DNA from: Verrucomicrobiota bacterium
GTDB lineage: Bacteria; Verrucomicrobiota; Verrucomicrobiia; Limisphaerales; UBA1100
NCBI GenBank assembly: GCA_028343615.1
Contig: JAOLZA010000003.1
Coordinates: 18,422-82,421 of the forward strand
Length of the DNA stretch: 64,000 bases
Reading direction: 5' to 3'
Shown: positions 37,001-46,383 of the stretch, piece by piece
Layout: every line of letters starts with the position of its first letter
How positions within the stretch are numbered: the first letter of the stretch is position 1
Translations under genes and position numbers: made by a program
The notes under the pieces: model-generated
The model's database searches: none
Seen by the model: only the letters and a program-made list of their open reading frames with translations
Told to the model about the DNA's origin: nothing

Positions 37001-38425
37001 ATGAGAACCATCCTTACGATTTTATTTTGTTTAAGCGTTTCGGCTCAAGGAGCAAACGATGGTCGCTGGATTGATCCTGCCGACCCTACGATCCCAGCCG
37101 ATTTCAAGTATCAGGGGGAGTATGTCGGTTCGCTCGATGACGTCGGCAAGCTGGGATGTCAGGTCGTGGCACTCGGGTCAGGAGTTTTCCAAGCTGTGCT
37201 TTACACCGGTGGGCTTCCCGGTGCCGGTTGGGATGGGAAAAGCCGAAGTATCATGGATGGTAAATTAAAGGGTGAGGGTGTCATTTTCTCAGCAGCCTCC
37301 GGTAAGCGTGCGCACGTGGCCGTGACGCGCGGCAGGGAAAGAAAGCCCTCGTCCACACGCGTGTCATTGTTAACCAAATTTCCGCCGGATGGGCACAGAC
37401 TCTGTACAGCACAGATTTCGGGCGACAAGATGAAAGGTAAGGTTGGGGACACTCCTTTTAACTTAAGGAAAACGATCCGCAAGAGCCCCACGCTTGGGCA
37501 GAATCCGCCTCCCGGAGCTATAGTCCTTTTCGATGGTAGTCATATGAAGGAATGGACAGGAGGGAGTATCCACAAGAAGTTTGCCACGTTGATGCCCGAG
37601 CCGAATAATCTCATGTCAAAGCGTAAGTTCAACAACTACACCGTCCATCTTGAGCTTATGCTCCCCTATCAGCCAACCTACCGCAGCCAAGACCGCGGCA
37701 ATAGCGGCTTTTATCAGGTACACGACTACGAAATTCAGGTGTTGGACTCCTTCGGCATGGATGGTGCCCACAACGAATGCGGCGGTATCTATAGCCATAA
37801 GGGGTCGGATGTGAACATGTGCTTACCGCCGTTGGTTTGGCAGACCTTTGATGTGGAATTCACCAATGCCATAGTGAGAGATGGCGGGAAGGTTAAGAAC
37901 GCGGTGATCACGGTGCGCCAAAACGGTGTGGTCATTCATAACAAGTTTGAGATACCCGGTAGATCCAAGTATGGCGTGCGCGGAGGACTGCAAGGAGTTC
38001 CGGGACCGTTCATGCTGCAGAATCACCGGGAGCCGCTGCAGTTCCGCAATATCTGGGTGCTGCCGCAAGGTTCAACACCGTCGTTACCGGTGGGCCGACC
38101 GAAGCCGTCAATAACACAGAAGCCCGCCATGAAACCAGTGACACCCGCGACCGCCGCGGCCAAGGCGATGCTCGGCAAATGGCACATTCGTTTCAGCAAC
38201 AACGGCAGTAAGTACGTGCTAAATCTCACGTCTGATGGCCGGAGTAATTTGGCGCGCACGGGTAAGGCGTGGGACGGAGTTTGGGTCATTAAGGACGGTA
38301 TGCTGACTGTGACCAATCCACACGATATCATACGCATAAAGCTGATGCTCAAAGACGGTGCCTACGCCGGTAAAAATAATTTTGGCACCGCGCGACTTTC
38401 GAGAAACGAATTGCCTGAGTTTTAG
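37001..38425 (+). CDS. secreted DUF1080 (3-keto-disaccharide hydrolase-like) domain protein with N- and C-terminal extensions
   Basis: Signal peptide. The central block (VLFDGSHMKEW..NSGFYQVHDYEIQVLDS..CGGIYS..WQTFDVEF..NGVVIHN..GPFMLQNHREPLQFRNIWV) matches the DUF1080 pattern. Confidence 0.65.
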   Translation: MRTILTILFCLSVSAQGANDGRWIDPADPTIPADFKYQGEYVGSLDDVGKLGCQVVALGSGVFQAVLYTGGLPGAGWDGKSRSIMDGKLKGEGVIFSAASGKRAHVAVTRGRERKPSSTRVSLLTKFPPDGHRLCTAQISGDKMKGKVGDTPFNLRKTIRKSPTLGQNPPPGAIVLFDGSHMKEWTGGSIHKKFATLMPEPNNLMSKRKFNNYTVHLELMLPYQPTYRSQDRGNSGFYQVHDYEIQVLDSFGMDGAHNECGGIYSHKGSDVNMCLPPLVWQTFDVEFTNAIVRDGGKVKNAVITVRQNGVVIHNKFEIPGRSKYGVRGGLQGVPGPFMLQNHREPLQFRNIWVLPQGSTPSLPVGRPKPSITQKPAMKPVTPATAAAKAMLGKWHIRFSNNGSKYVLNLTSDGRSNLARTGKAWDGVWVIKDGMLTVTNPHDIIRIKLMLKDGAYAGKNNFGTARLSRNELPEF

Positions 38426-38435
38426 TACAATTTTC

Positions 38436-40526
38436 TTAGGGTAAGAAAAGAGTCTTAATTTCTTTTTCGCTCAAAGCTCGATCAAACACCGCGGCTTCAT
38501 CGAGCCGGCCTTCCCAACTGGATTCTTTGTTATTGCGTCCCCCAAGAAAGAGCGTCTCCACACTGCCCACTGCATTGGCTACGCCGGATATCTCCAGTTT
38601 GCCATCCAGATACACCTTCACTTTTTCCTTATCCCGCACCAACAGGGCATGGTGCCATTTCCACCTCCCTGCATTAGCTTTGCCAGTAAGCGTTTCTTTT
38701 CCATTACTGAAGACCAACTGACCCTTGGCGTTGAGTCCAAGTCCTTCTCCAGTTGCTTGGGCGCTGTAATTTTGCCCACGACCAAACATCCAGCCCAAGA
38801 CCGGTCGCGAATCAGCCGGCATCCCGTTCCAGAACCAAAGAGAAACGCTGTAGCTTTTGCCGAGCTTGGGGATGCGCGTTTGCATACGCCCACCACAGAA
38901 ATGGGCAGCGCGGTTGACTTGTCCCGGGGTAAATGCCTTGGAATTGGGTCCGGCCAAATAGAACACCACCCCATCTTCATAGGTGCCATCGGCACGGTTT
39001 TGTTCATCAATAGCGCGTGGCCCAATAAATTCATCCATACGCCACCACGCGACCGGCTTGGCACTGGTAATGGCTTGAGCGGCTGGGCCTTGGGATACCT
39101 TAATTATTTTGCGAGGTTTGCCGGCTACCTTCTCAAGAAGCTGAATACAGGTTTCGACAATTCTGGGTTCAGCTGAAGTTTCCAGTCCGGCAGTGCGGGC
39201 GGCCCAAGTATTATACCCACCCAGGACATGCTGCTCAGGGGGAGGGATGTAACCTTCAGCTCCATTAGTCAGATCAAAGGTGATGGTGGTCTTCAAGGGA
39301 CTGTAGGCCTTTTGTTTGAGGCCGCTTAACGCATAGACTTCATTGGGGATGCCGGTGATGCCAATGTCGCCAATGCGGATGGCCTGCAGGATGAGTTCGG
39401 TTTGAGGACGTTCGTGCAGGAAAATTTGTTCGCGTGCGTAAATCTCAGGCTGCGCCTTGGGCAGGCTCTCCAATTTCTCCACGATGGCTTTTGCCCACTC
39501 GAGTCTTTGCGCATCAGGTGACCGAAATTTTAATGGCAGCTTGGCTTCGGCCATTGAGAGTGTGACGTCGTGGTCGTATTTGATGTTTTTGTATGCGGCT
39601 AAAGTCTTTTTAATGAGAGCGTCAGTGTATTCCTGAATACTGGGGTTCGTGAGAGGACGTTTAGTGTAATCGCGCCGCCAAATATCTCCGCTGCAGCCAT
39701 GACCTAGTACGCTGACAAAGGGCGGATGTATCTCCTCGTTGTTGTTTGATGGCATGATGGCCGATTCCATGTGGTTATTAAATAGGCCAAAGTAATCGGC
39801 ATGGATTCCCTTTATTCCACCACTGAAATAGTGCATGGAAAAATTTCCGAGCAGGGCAATGGGGCGGTCCTTCAGCGATTGGAAGCTCACCAGCGAAAAA
39901 TCCGGATCCTCAGGTCCTGATTCACCGGTTACATCATCCCAATTGTTTCCGGCATGCATGGTTGCGCGCACGGTTGGGTTACCAAAAGGATCGTTTGAAA
40001 TTCGATCAGGACGTTTGATCCATCGACGGACGGCTGTAAACTCATTGGCATCAAAAACCGCTGCTCCCACCTGTGCGGGTTCCATGTTTTTCTTGGCCCC
40101 ATCAATGGCTTCAATAATCTTTCGTTTGAGCAGTAATGGATAACGCGGATCCACATCAGTACCCAGACAGCCCATGCTCGCGGGAGCGGTGTGGGTGTGA
40201 GTGGCATTGATAAACATTTTGTCCGACCGAATACCGCTCTTTTTACTAGCGGCAGATTTGGCGTCATCAAGGAAATCTCGGGACATCATACAACTATCGA
40301 CCACCACGATGGCCAGTTGGGTTTTGCCATCATCCAGCGCAATGGCCCGCACTTTGATTGGGGACCCAACTTCACCCAGTTCACGCTGGCGCATGCCTCC
40401 ATTGACATGGACAGGTAGTTGCTTGGGCGTGGCATCCACCACCAGAGCCCCCGCTCGTAAAGCGGCTTGGACTGGGAATAGGAAAGCTGACAAGAAGACA
40501 ACAATAAATAAATGAATCGCTTTCAT
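38436..40526 (-). CDS. secreted neutral-ceramidase-like N-terminal domain fused to a LamG/concanavalin-like C-terminal domain
   Basis: Signal peptide from the ATG at 40526. VVDATP..VRAIALDD..AIVVVDSC..INATHTHTAP resembles the ceramidase-like hydrolase family. The C-terminus (SVSLWFW..WHHALLVRD..VKVYLDGK..GRLDEAAVFDRALS) is Laminin_G_3-like. Confidence 0.6.
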   Translation of the reverse strand: MKAIHLFIVVFLSAFLFPVQAALRAGALVVDATPKQLPVHVNGGMRQRELGEVGSPIKVRAIALDDGKTQLAIVVVDSCMMSRDFLDDAKSAASKKSGIRSDKMFINATHTHTAPASMGCLGTDVDPRYPLLLKRKIIEAIDGAKKNMEPAQVGAAVFDANEFTAVRRWIKRPDRISNDPFGNPTVRATMHAGNNWDDVTGESGPEDPDFSLVSFQSLKDRPIALLGNFSMHYFSGGIKGIHADYFGLFNNHMESAIMPSNNNEEIHPPFVSVLGHGCSGDIWRRDYTKRPLTNPSIQEYTDALIKKTLAAYKNIKYDHDVTLSMAEAKLPLKFRSPDAQRLEWAKAIVEKLESLPKAQPEIYAREQIFLHERPQTELILQAIRIGDIGITGIPNEVYALSGLKQKAYSPLKTTITFDLTNGAEGYIPPPEQHVLGGYNTWAARTAGLETSAEPRIVETCIQLLEKVAGKPRKIIKVSQGPAAQAITSAKPVAWWRMDEFIGPRAIDEQNRADGTYEDGVVFYLAGPNSKAFTPGQVNRAAHFCGGRMQTRIPKLGKSYSVSLWFWNGMPADSRPVLGWMFGRGQNYSAQATGEGLGLNAKGQLVFSNGKETLTGKANAGRWKWHHALLVRDKEKVKVYLDGKLEISGVANAVGSVETLFLGGRNNKESSWEGRLDEAAVFDRALSEKEIKTLFLP

Positions 40527-40602
40527 GGTGTCAAAAGATGAAACCGTGTGTGGGCCTTTTGTGCAACCGTAAATCAGGTTGTCTCTTTTCAGCGGCGGGG
40601 AT

Positions 40603-41358
40603 ATGGTGTCGGCAATGTATCCCCCACTCATGGTGTTGTTGGCTTTGTGTTTATGTTCACCTGTGGCGGGGGCGGAGGAGAAAGCTCTACTACCCAAAGG
40701 CATTCCTGCCGGCTACAAGCTGGTGTACTCCCAAGATTTTGAGGGTAATGAGGCTAAGGAGAAAAATCGTTTTTGGTTCACCGCCCCTAGCAATTGGAAA
40801 GTGCCCGCCGTGAGAGAAAAGAGCTTTATCGAGTTCAAGACGAAACCAAGCAAGTACAAGTACAAGGTGCGCTCCCCCTTGACCATTGGCCTGATTCGGG
40901 ACGTGGAGGTGAAGGACTTCGTACTCGAGGCCGAGCTTCAGCAAACGGGTAAGGAATACGGCCATCGGGATATGTGCGTCTTCTACGGTTTTAAGGATCG
41001 TTCCCATTTCTACTACACCCACATTGCCAGCGTGACCGACCCTCATGCCCACAATTGTTTTATTGTGAACGACAAGCCCCGGATTAAGATTTCCCATGAA
41101 ACCACCAAGGGACATAAGTGGAGTGCCAAGAACTGGCACCGGGTCCGCCTTGTCCGCGAACATGTTTCTGGCAGGATCGAGGTTTATGTCAACGACATGG
41201 AGAAGCCCATCATGCGTGCCACGGACAAGACCTTCGACTGGGGCCGCATCGGCTTTGGCAGTTTCGATGATGCGGGCAGGGTTCGGAATGTGCGCCTCTA
41301 TGCCCCGGAAGCCCGCAAAAGCAAGAACGGTGATCCTTTCGTTGAGGGTCGTAAATGA
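40603..41358 (+). CDS. secreted DUF1080/LamG-like beta-sandwich protein
   Basis: Signal peptide. FVLEAELQQ..WHRVRLVRE..RIEVYVND..GRIGFGSFDDAGRVRNVRLY fits a jelly-roll lectin/hydrolase-like fold. Confidence 0.5.
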   Translation: MVSAMYPPLMVLLALCLCSPVAGAEEKALLPKGIPAGYKLVYSQDFEGNEAKEKNRFWFTAPSNWKVPAVREKSFIEFKTKPSKYKYKVRSPLTIGLIRDVEVKDFVLEAELQQTGKEYGHRDMCVFYGFKDRSHFYYTHIASVTDPHAHNCFIVNDKPRIKISHETTKGHKWSAKNWHRVRLVREHVSGRIEVYVNDMEKPIMRATDKTFDWGRIGFGSFDDAGRVRNVRLYAPEARKSKNGDPFVEGRK

Positions 41359-41411
41359 AACCAACCCTCATGGCTTTGTTTTTTGCCTGCCTTTGGCGGA
41401 GAAGGAAAGCC

Positions 41412-42809
41412 TCACTTCTTATTGCGCGGTTTTTTCTTCCGGGTCGCTTTTTCTTTGGCCGGAAAATACTTGGACTCGGTTCGGGACATGGCGAGGAAGG
41501 TTTCCATTTTGCGAACCATATCAGGATGCTTCGCCGCAACGTTGTTTTTTTCGCCTCTGTCGGTTTTCAGATCGTAAAGCGCGAGAGGTGCCTTGGTGCC
41601 GAAACGAATGCCCTTCCATGATCCCATACGGACCGCTTGCTGGAAGGGGGAGTGGATTTCCCAGTAGTGGGCCTCACGCATCTTTTGTTTTTTGCCCAGT
41701 AAGGTGGGAAGAACCGAGATGCCGTCGAGATGCTTGGGCGCTTGCACCCCGGCGAGCTCGCAGGCGGTGGGAAAAACGTCGCGCATATCCCAGATAAAAT
41801 CGCTGGTTACGCCCGCTTGGATTTTGCCGGGCCAACGGACCGTCATGGCGGCCCGGATGCCGCCCTCATAAAGCTGGCGCTTTCCGCCTCTGAGGCCGCC
41901 GCTGCTGCCCAGAGGATCCACGAATGGTTTGTTGGGCCCGTTGTCGCTGGTGTAGAACACGATGGTTCGCTCATCGATCTCCAGTTCCTTGAGCAGGGCC
42001 ATCACTTTGCCCACCGAGCGATCGACTTGGGTGATCATGGATGCGTAGTGGCGAACGGTTTCACCACCGGGAATGTTTTCGTAGAGGGCAAAGGCGGGGT
42101 CGTCCTTGGGTATGACGAAAGCTCCGTGTGGGGGCGTGTAAGCCAAATAGAGGAAGAACGGCCTGTCCTTGTTTTGCTTGATGAAAGAAAGTGTTTTCTC
42201 CTCCTGAAGATACGGAACGTAAGATGCCTTCTTACCCTTGGCATTGCCGGGCAGGGGAATCATTTTGCCGCCTTCCCAGATCTCAGTGGGAAAATGATTG
42301 TGGGCATGCACTTGGTCGAGATACCCGTACCAGTAGTCGAAGCCCTGCTTCTCCGGAACGCCGCTTGAACCGTGATTGCCGAGTCCCCACTTGCCGATAC
42401 CGCCGGTAACATAACCCGCCTTCTTCATGGATTCGGCCACGGTCAAGTCCTCGTCACGCAGAAAAACCAGTGGTCGACCGTTCTTGGCCGATAATTCGCC
42501 CTGCAGGGCCTTGGCGGTGTTGTCGCGGCGGCGGCAATGGCCGGTGTGCAGTCCGGTCATCAGCACGCAACGGGTGGGGGCGCAGACAGCAGAACCCGAG
42601 TAATGCTGGGTGAACTTCATGCCCTCGCGGCACATCTTATCAAAGGTCGGTGTCTTAATATGTTTAGAACCAAAGGCACCGAAGTCACCATAGCCCGCGT
42701 CGTCCAACATGACGTAGATGACGTTAGGCTTGTCGGCGGCTAACAAACTGACGGACCTCACCAACGTCACCACGGCTAATATCAAAAGGAAGTATCGCAT
42801 ACGCCACAT
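41412..42809 (-). CDS. sulfatase (formylglycine-dependent)
   Basis: Signal peptide (ATG at 42809 or 42800), DKPNVIYVMLDD and the CxPxR site (SAVCAPTRCVLMTGLH). Confidence 0.85.
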   Translation of the reverse strand: MWRMRYFLLILAVVTLVRSVSLLAADKPNVIYVMLDDAGYGDFGAFGSKHIKTPTFDKMCREGMKFTQHYSGSAVCAPTRCVLMTGLHTGHCRRRDNTAKALQGELSAKNGRPLVFLRDEDLTVAESMKKAGYVTGGIGKWGLGNHGSSGVPEKQGFDYWYGYLDQVHAHNHFPTEIWEGGKMIPLPGNAKGKKASYVPYLQEEKTLSFIKQNKDRPFFLYLAYTPPHGAFVIPKDDPAFALYENIPGGETVRHYASMITQVDRSVGKVMALLKELEIDERTIVFYTSDNGPNKPFVDPLGSSGGLRGGKRQLYEGGIRAAMTVRWPGKIQAGVTSDFIWDMRDVFPTACELAGVQAPKHLDGISVLPTLLGKKQKMREAHYWEIHSPFQQAVRMGSWKGIRFGTKAPLALYDLKTDRGEKNNVAAKHPDMVRKMETFLAMSRTESKYFPAKEKATRKKKPRNKK

Positions 42810-42871
42810 CCTACGCCGCCCGCCACGCCTGCTCAAGGACTTCCACTGGCAACAATGAATGCTGGTTGCCT

Positions 42872-43246
42872 CTACTGACTTCCTTTTACGAATTTCATTG
42901 AAAGGGAGTTAACACAGTGTCGAACGTTGGCTGGCGTTTTGTTTTCTCCTGTGAACACGTGACCCAAGTGGCCTCCGCAATTGACACACTCAATCTCAGT
43001 TCGCATTCCGTCCGGGTCAGGCAGCTGCTTCACGGCGCCCGGTATCTCCTTGTCAAACGCTGGCCAGCCACAATGGGCGTCAAACTTGTCCTCGGAGCGG
43101 TATAGCTGGGCATTGCATCGTCGGCAGGCATAAACTCCCGCTTCATAAAAGGCGTCGTACTCCCCCGAAAAGGCCGGCTCCGTTCCCTTGTTTTCGATTA
43201 TGTAATGCTCCTCTGCCGAAAGTGGATTATGGTTTTTGTCATCCAT
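42872..43246 (-). CDS. msrB: peptide-methionine (R)-S-oxide reductase
   Basis: 124 aa with two CxxC zinc motifs (CRRCNAQL, CVNCGGHLGHVF) and catalytic RHCVNS. Confidence 0.9.
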   Translation of the reverse strand: MDDKNHNPLSAEEHYIIENKGTEPAFSGEYDAFYEAGVYACRRCNAQLYRSEDKFDAHCGWPAFDKEIPGAVKQLPDPDGMRTEIECVNCGGHLGHVFTGENKTPANVRHCVNSLSMKFVKGSQ

Positions 43247-43481
43247 GTCGCTCTAGTTGACCCACAATATCGGTGCGAGTAAAGCTATGAAGATGGTGGG
43301 AGGAGGCACTCCCAACATCATATGCCTTCTGCCATCCTCCTTAACCGATTGAATTCAGGGAGGCTAAAGGGCTATTTGTTTTGCACACCGGCAACGCCAA
43401 TTGTGAGATGGGGGTTATCTTTCCTTCTTTGTTTGGATGTCTTCCATTTCAACTTCTAAGCAAGTAATTTAGGTGTAATAA

Positions 43482-44636
43482 CTATTCTACAAATAGCGGG
43501 ATTAGATGCTCCAGGATCGCATTCAAGGGCAGGTTGATCTGCTTTTGGTTATGTGCAGTCGCGACGGCGACGATGTTTAATTCCGGAAAAGTGGCCATAT
43601 ATTGGCCGCCTGCTCCAATACCACTTATAAAAAAAACTTCTTTGCCGGCTGTCTTTTTCCGGCGATTATGGAAATGGTAGAAATATCCTTCGCCCTTTTT
43701 TCTATCCATAATCAACTTAACATATTCAGCTGATAGCAGTTGTTCGCTGTTGTACTTACCGCCTTGAATGATGGCCACCCCGATTTTCAATAGCGACCTT
43801 GAGGTGAAGCTACTCCCAGCGCCACATTTTGGAATCCCGCAGGCTTGATCATCCCAGCAATAAATCGCGCCGAATTTTCCAGCGACCTCTTTGGCAATGA
43901 ACTTCTGCACAGTACCCTGAGTTTTAATATCGATAATCATCATGATCAATGACGGGTCCGTGCCACTATATTTATACTGCTTGCTCTTGGGTGTTATGGG
44001 GGCGGTTTCCTCGAACAATTTCTGGAAATATTTTTGCCGTGGATATTTTTTGCCAAGAGTTTGTGGGAAATTCTTTTCTGGGAACCTCAGTCCGGACTTC
44101 ATATAGAGCGCATCCCTCATGGTGATTGTCTCAACGCCGGCTTGAATTTTTGATCGATCAATTTCAGGCATAAAGCTGATGACCGGTTTGTCGAGGTCTT
44201 CTATTTTCAGCAATCCTACCTGAATAGCCCGCGCAAGGGTGACAGACGTCAGAGTCTTGGTGATGGACATGGTGTAGTGCGGCGCGTCTACCCGTCCTCG
44301 CCGGTTGTACATTTCGAAAATTAGCTTCCCGTCTCTCCAGAGCAGAACGCTATCTAAGTTGGAATATTTACCTGCCTTATCATCGGCGACCAATGCTTTA
44401 ACTGCTTTCTTTGTGCCAGGTAAATTTAATGTGCCCACTTTCAATCCATCTTTTAAATTCTGCGGAGAAGTACTGAAGTAGGCCTCTGATAGGTCAGGTA
44501 ATTTTTTCTGCTCACTATAGGATTGTTTCTGAGGGGCAAGGTTTTCTGGTAGCCGAGGGGGTTCGCCTGCAATAAGGGTTGCTGAATCACAGTCCAGCAA
44601 AACGATGATCAAAAGAAAATATTTCACGCACGCCAC
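43482..44636 (-). CDS. beta-lactamase-fold serine hydrolase (secreted)
   Basis: SxxK motif (SITKTLTS) in a class C/esterase-like context. The gene has a GTG start and is AT-rich. Confidence 0.75.
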   Translation of the reverse strand: MACVKYFLLIIVLLDCDSATLIAGEPPRLPENLAPQKQSYSEQKKLPDLSEAYFSTSPQNLKDGLKVGTLNLPGTKKAVKALVADDKAGKYSNLDSVLLWRDGKLIFEMYNRRGRVDAPHYTMSITKTLTSVTLARAIQVGLLKIEDLDKPVISFMPEIDRSKIQAGVETITMRDALYMKSGLRFPEKNFPQTLGKKYPRQKYFQKLFEETAPITPKSKQYKYSGTDPSLIMMIIDIKTQGTVQKFIAKEVAGKFGAIYCWDDQACGIPKCGAGSSFTSRSLLKIGVAIIQGGKYNSEQLLSAEYVKLIMDRKKGEGYFYHFHNRRKKTAGKEVFFISGIGAGGQYMATFPELNIVAVATAHNQKQINLPLNAILEHLIPLFVE

Positions 44637-44897
44637 TCTACACCTCCGACCTTATATGCTCAAGTGCTTCCGTGATGGAGGAATTATGCTGGGATTACAT
44701 TGCCAATATTGAAACAGCAATGCGCTATGAGATCAGTGTTTAATATCGTCGATGGCACTTTGCATTATTATGCTAATAATTACGACTCCGATGTGGGATG
44801 GACTCGCTATCGCGAGTGGCAGACTGTGCCTTACCACCAAATCGGGCGAGGTGTTGTGCCTTGGCGAATAAACAAAAAGGACTAGCGTCAAAACATC

Positions 44898-46301
44898 ATG
44901 AGCGAATTTGAACTGAACCGGCGGCAGGCTCTCGTGGCGGGTAGTTTGGGTGTGGCGAGTATGGGAATGCCCGGTACGGTTTTGGGCTCTGATCAGCTCA
45001 ATAAGAATGGCAATGCTGTTTCTTCCGATAAAAATTGCATTTTTATTCTGCTCTGCGGTGGTCCGAGCCACGTCGATACGTGGGATATGAAGCCTAATGC
45101 GCCGATCGAGTACCGGGGGCCCTACAAGACTATTTCGACCAAGGTGCCCGGTATGCGACTCAACGAGATGCACACCGAGCTCGCCAAGGTTTCTGATCAT
45201 TTTACTTTGATCAACTCCATGACCCATCCGGGTGGCATTAGTAATCACTTTGATGCGATGCACAACCTGCTCAGCGGCCAATCGGCGAAGCGCGTGCAGC
45301 AGGGGGTGCCCGATGATCAGCCCTATCTCGGGTCGTTCGTGGCAAAGCATAAGCCAAGTACTCGTAACATTGTATCCAACGCATGGTTGATGAAGTGCGT
45401 TGGGCGGCCCGTCTTTTGTGCTCCCAACCTCGCCTTGGGGGGATACCTTGGTTCGGCTTATGCGCCGGTGTTTGTCGGAGCGGCTAATAATCATCCAGCC
45501 ATGCCTGAGTTTACTCCGCCGCCGATCTATGATCTGGGTGATCCAGATCGTCTTTCTAGTCGGCGTAAGCTACTCGGCAGCATCGAGAGCAATGTGCTCT
45601 CCAAAGATGCTAAGGGAGCGGACTGGGCCCACTTACGTGAACAGGCCTACGACGCGATGACCCGCGCTGAGGGGCGCGAAGCTTTTGATATGAGTCGCGA
45701 GCCGATAAAGGTGCGTGAGCGCTACGGCATGCATCCGCTCGGCCAAAACTTTCTGCTCGCCCGCCGCATGGTGGAGGCTGGGGTCCGGTTTGTTACCGTT
45801 AATGGTTGGGCTGGTCAGGCCTCGCATGAGAAGAAAGGGCCACCCAGTAGCAGCTGGGATATGCATGGCGGGAACATGGGTATGGGCAATGCCTTTGGGA
45901 ATGGCTCCTACGGCATGGGCTTCTGCTTGCCGCGGTTGGATCAGGCGCTCTCTGCGTTGATGCGCGATCTAAAAGAACGCGGCATGCTCGATAACACGTT
46001 GGTGGTCGTCACCGGCGAGTTTGGCCGCACACCGAAGGTTTTGACGCAGCAACCACCGGGCCGTCAGCATTGGCCTAAATGTTTTTCATCCATCCTCGCC
46101 GGTTGTGGCATCGCCGCCGGCAATGTATACGGCAAGTCAGATAAAACCGGTGCATCCGTGACCAGCAATCCCGTCCGCCCCGAGGAATTAGCCGCTACTA
46201 TTTACCATGCGCTGGATATCCCCCTCAACGAACCCCAAAATAACACTGGAATCTCTCGCCCGCTCACGACTGGCAAGCCCGTGCTGGATCTGTTCGGATA
46301 A
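44898..46301 (+). CDS. DUF1501 family protein with a TAT signal
   Basis: RRQALVAGSLGVASMG twin-arginine signal. It has GGPSHVDTWDMKP and the C-terminal GEFGRTP block. Confidence 0.85.
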   Translation: MSEFELNRRQALVAGSLGVASMGMPGTVLGSDQLNKNGNAVSSDKNCIFILLCGGPSHVDTWDMKPNAPIEYRGPYKTISTKVPGMRLNEMHTELAKVSDHFTLINSMTHPGGISNHFDAMHNLLSGQSAKRVQQGVPDDQPYLGSFVAKHKPSTRNIVSNAWLMKCVGRPVFCAPNLALGGYLGSAYAPVFVGAANNHPAMPEFTPPPIYDLGDPDRLSSRRKLLGSIESNVLSKDAKGADWAHLREQAYDAMTRAEGREAFDMSREPIKVRERYGMHPLGQNFLLARRMVEAGVRFVTVNGWAGQASHEKKGPPSSSWDMHGGNMGMGNAFGNGSYGMGFCLPRLDQALSALMRDLKERGMLDNTLVVVTGEFGRTPKVLTQQPPGRQHWPKCFSSILAGCGIAAGNVYGKSDKTGASVTSNPVRPEELAATIYHALDIPLNEPQNNTGISRPLTTGKPVLDLFG

Positions 46302-46383
46302 AAGATTTTAGTGAAAGAATCTGCCGGCTCGTGAATAGCGCGAATGGGTTGGCAATCCGGAGATGAGTTGATACAATTTTCTG

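Noticed and set aside
44700-44885. 61-aa ORF (TTG start; internal ATG at 44727) just upstream of the DUF1501 gene
   Set aside because: It has no Shine-Dalgarno sequence and no recognisable motif, and it lies in an AT-rich promoter-like gap where random ORFs survive easily. It might be a real small protein, but the sequence alone does not support calling it.
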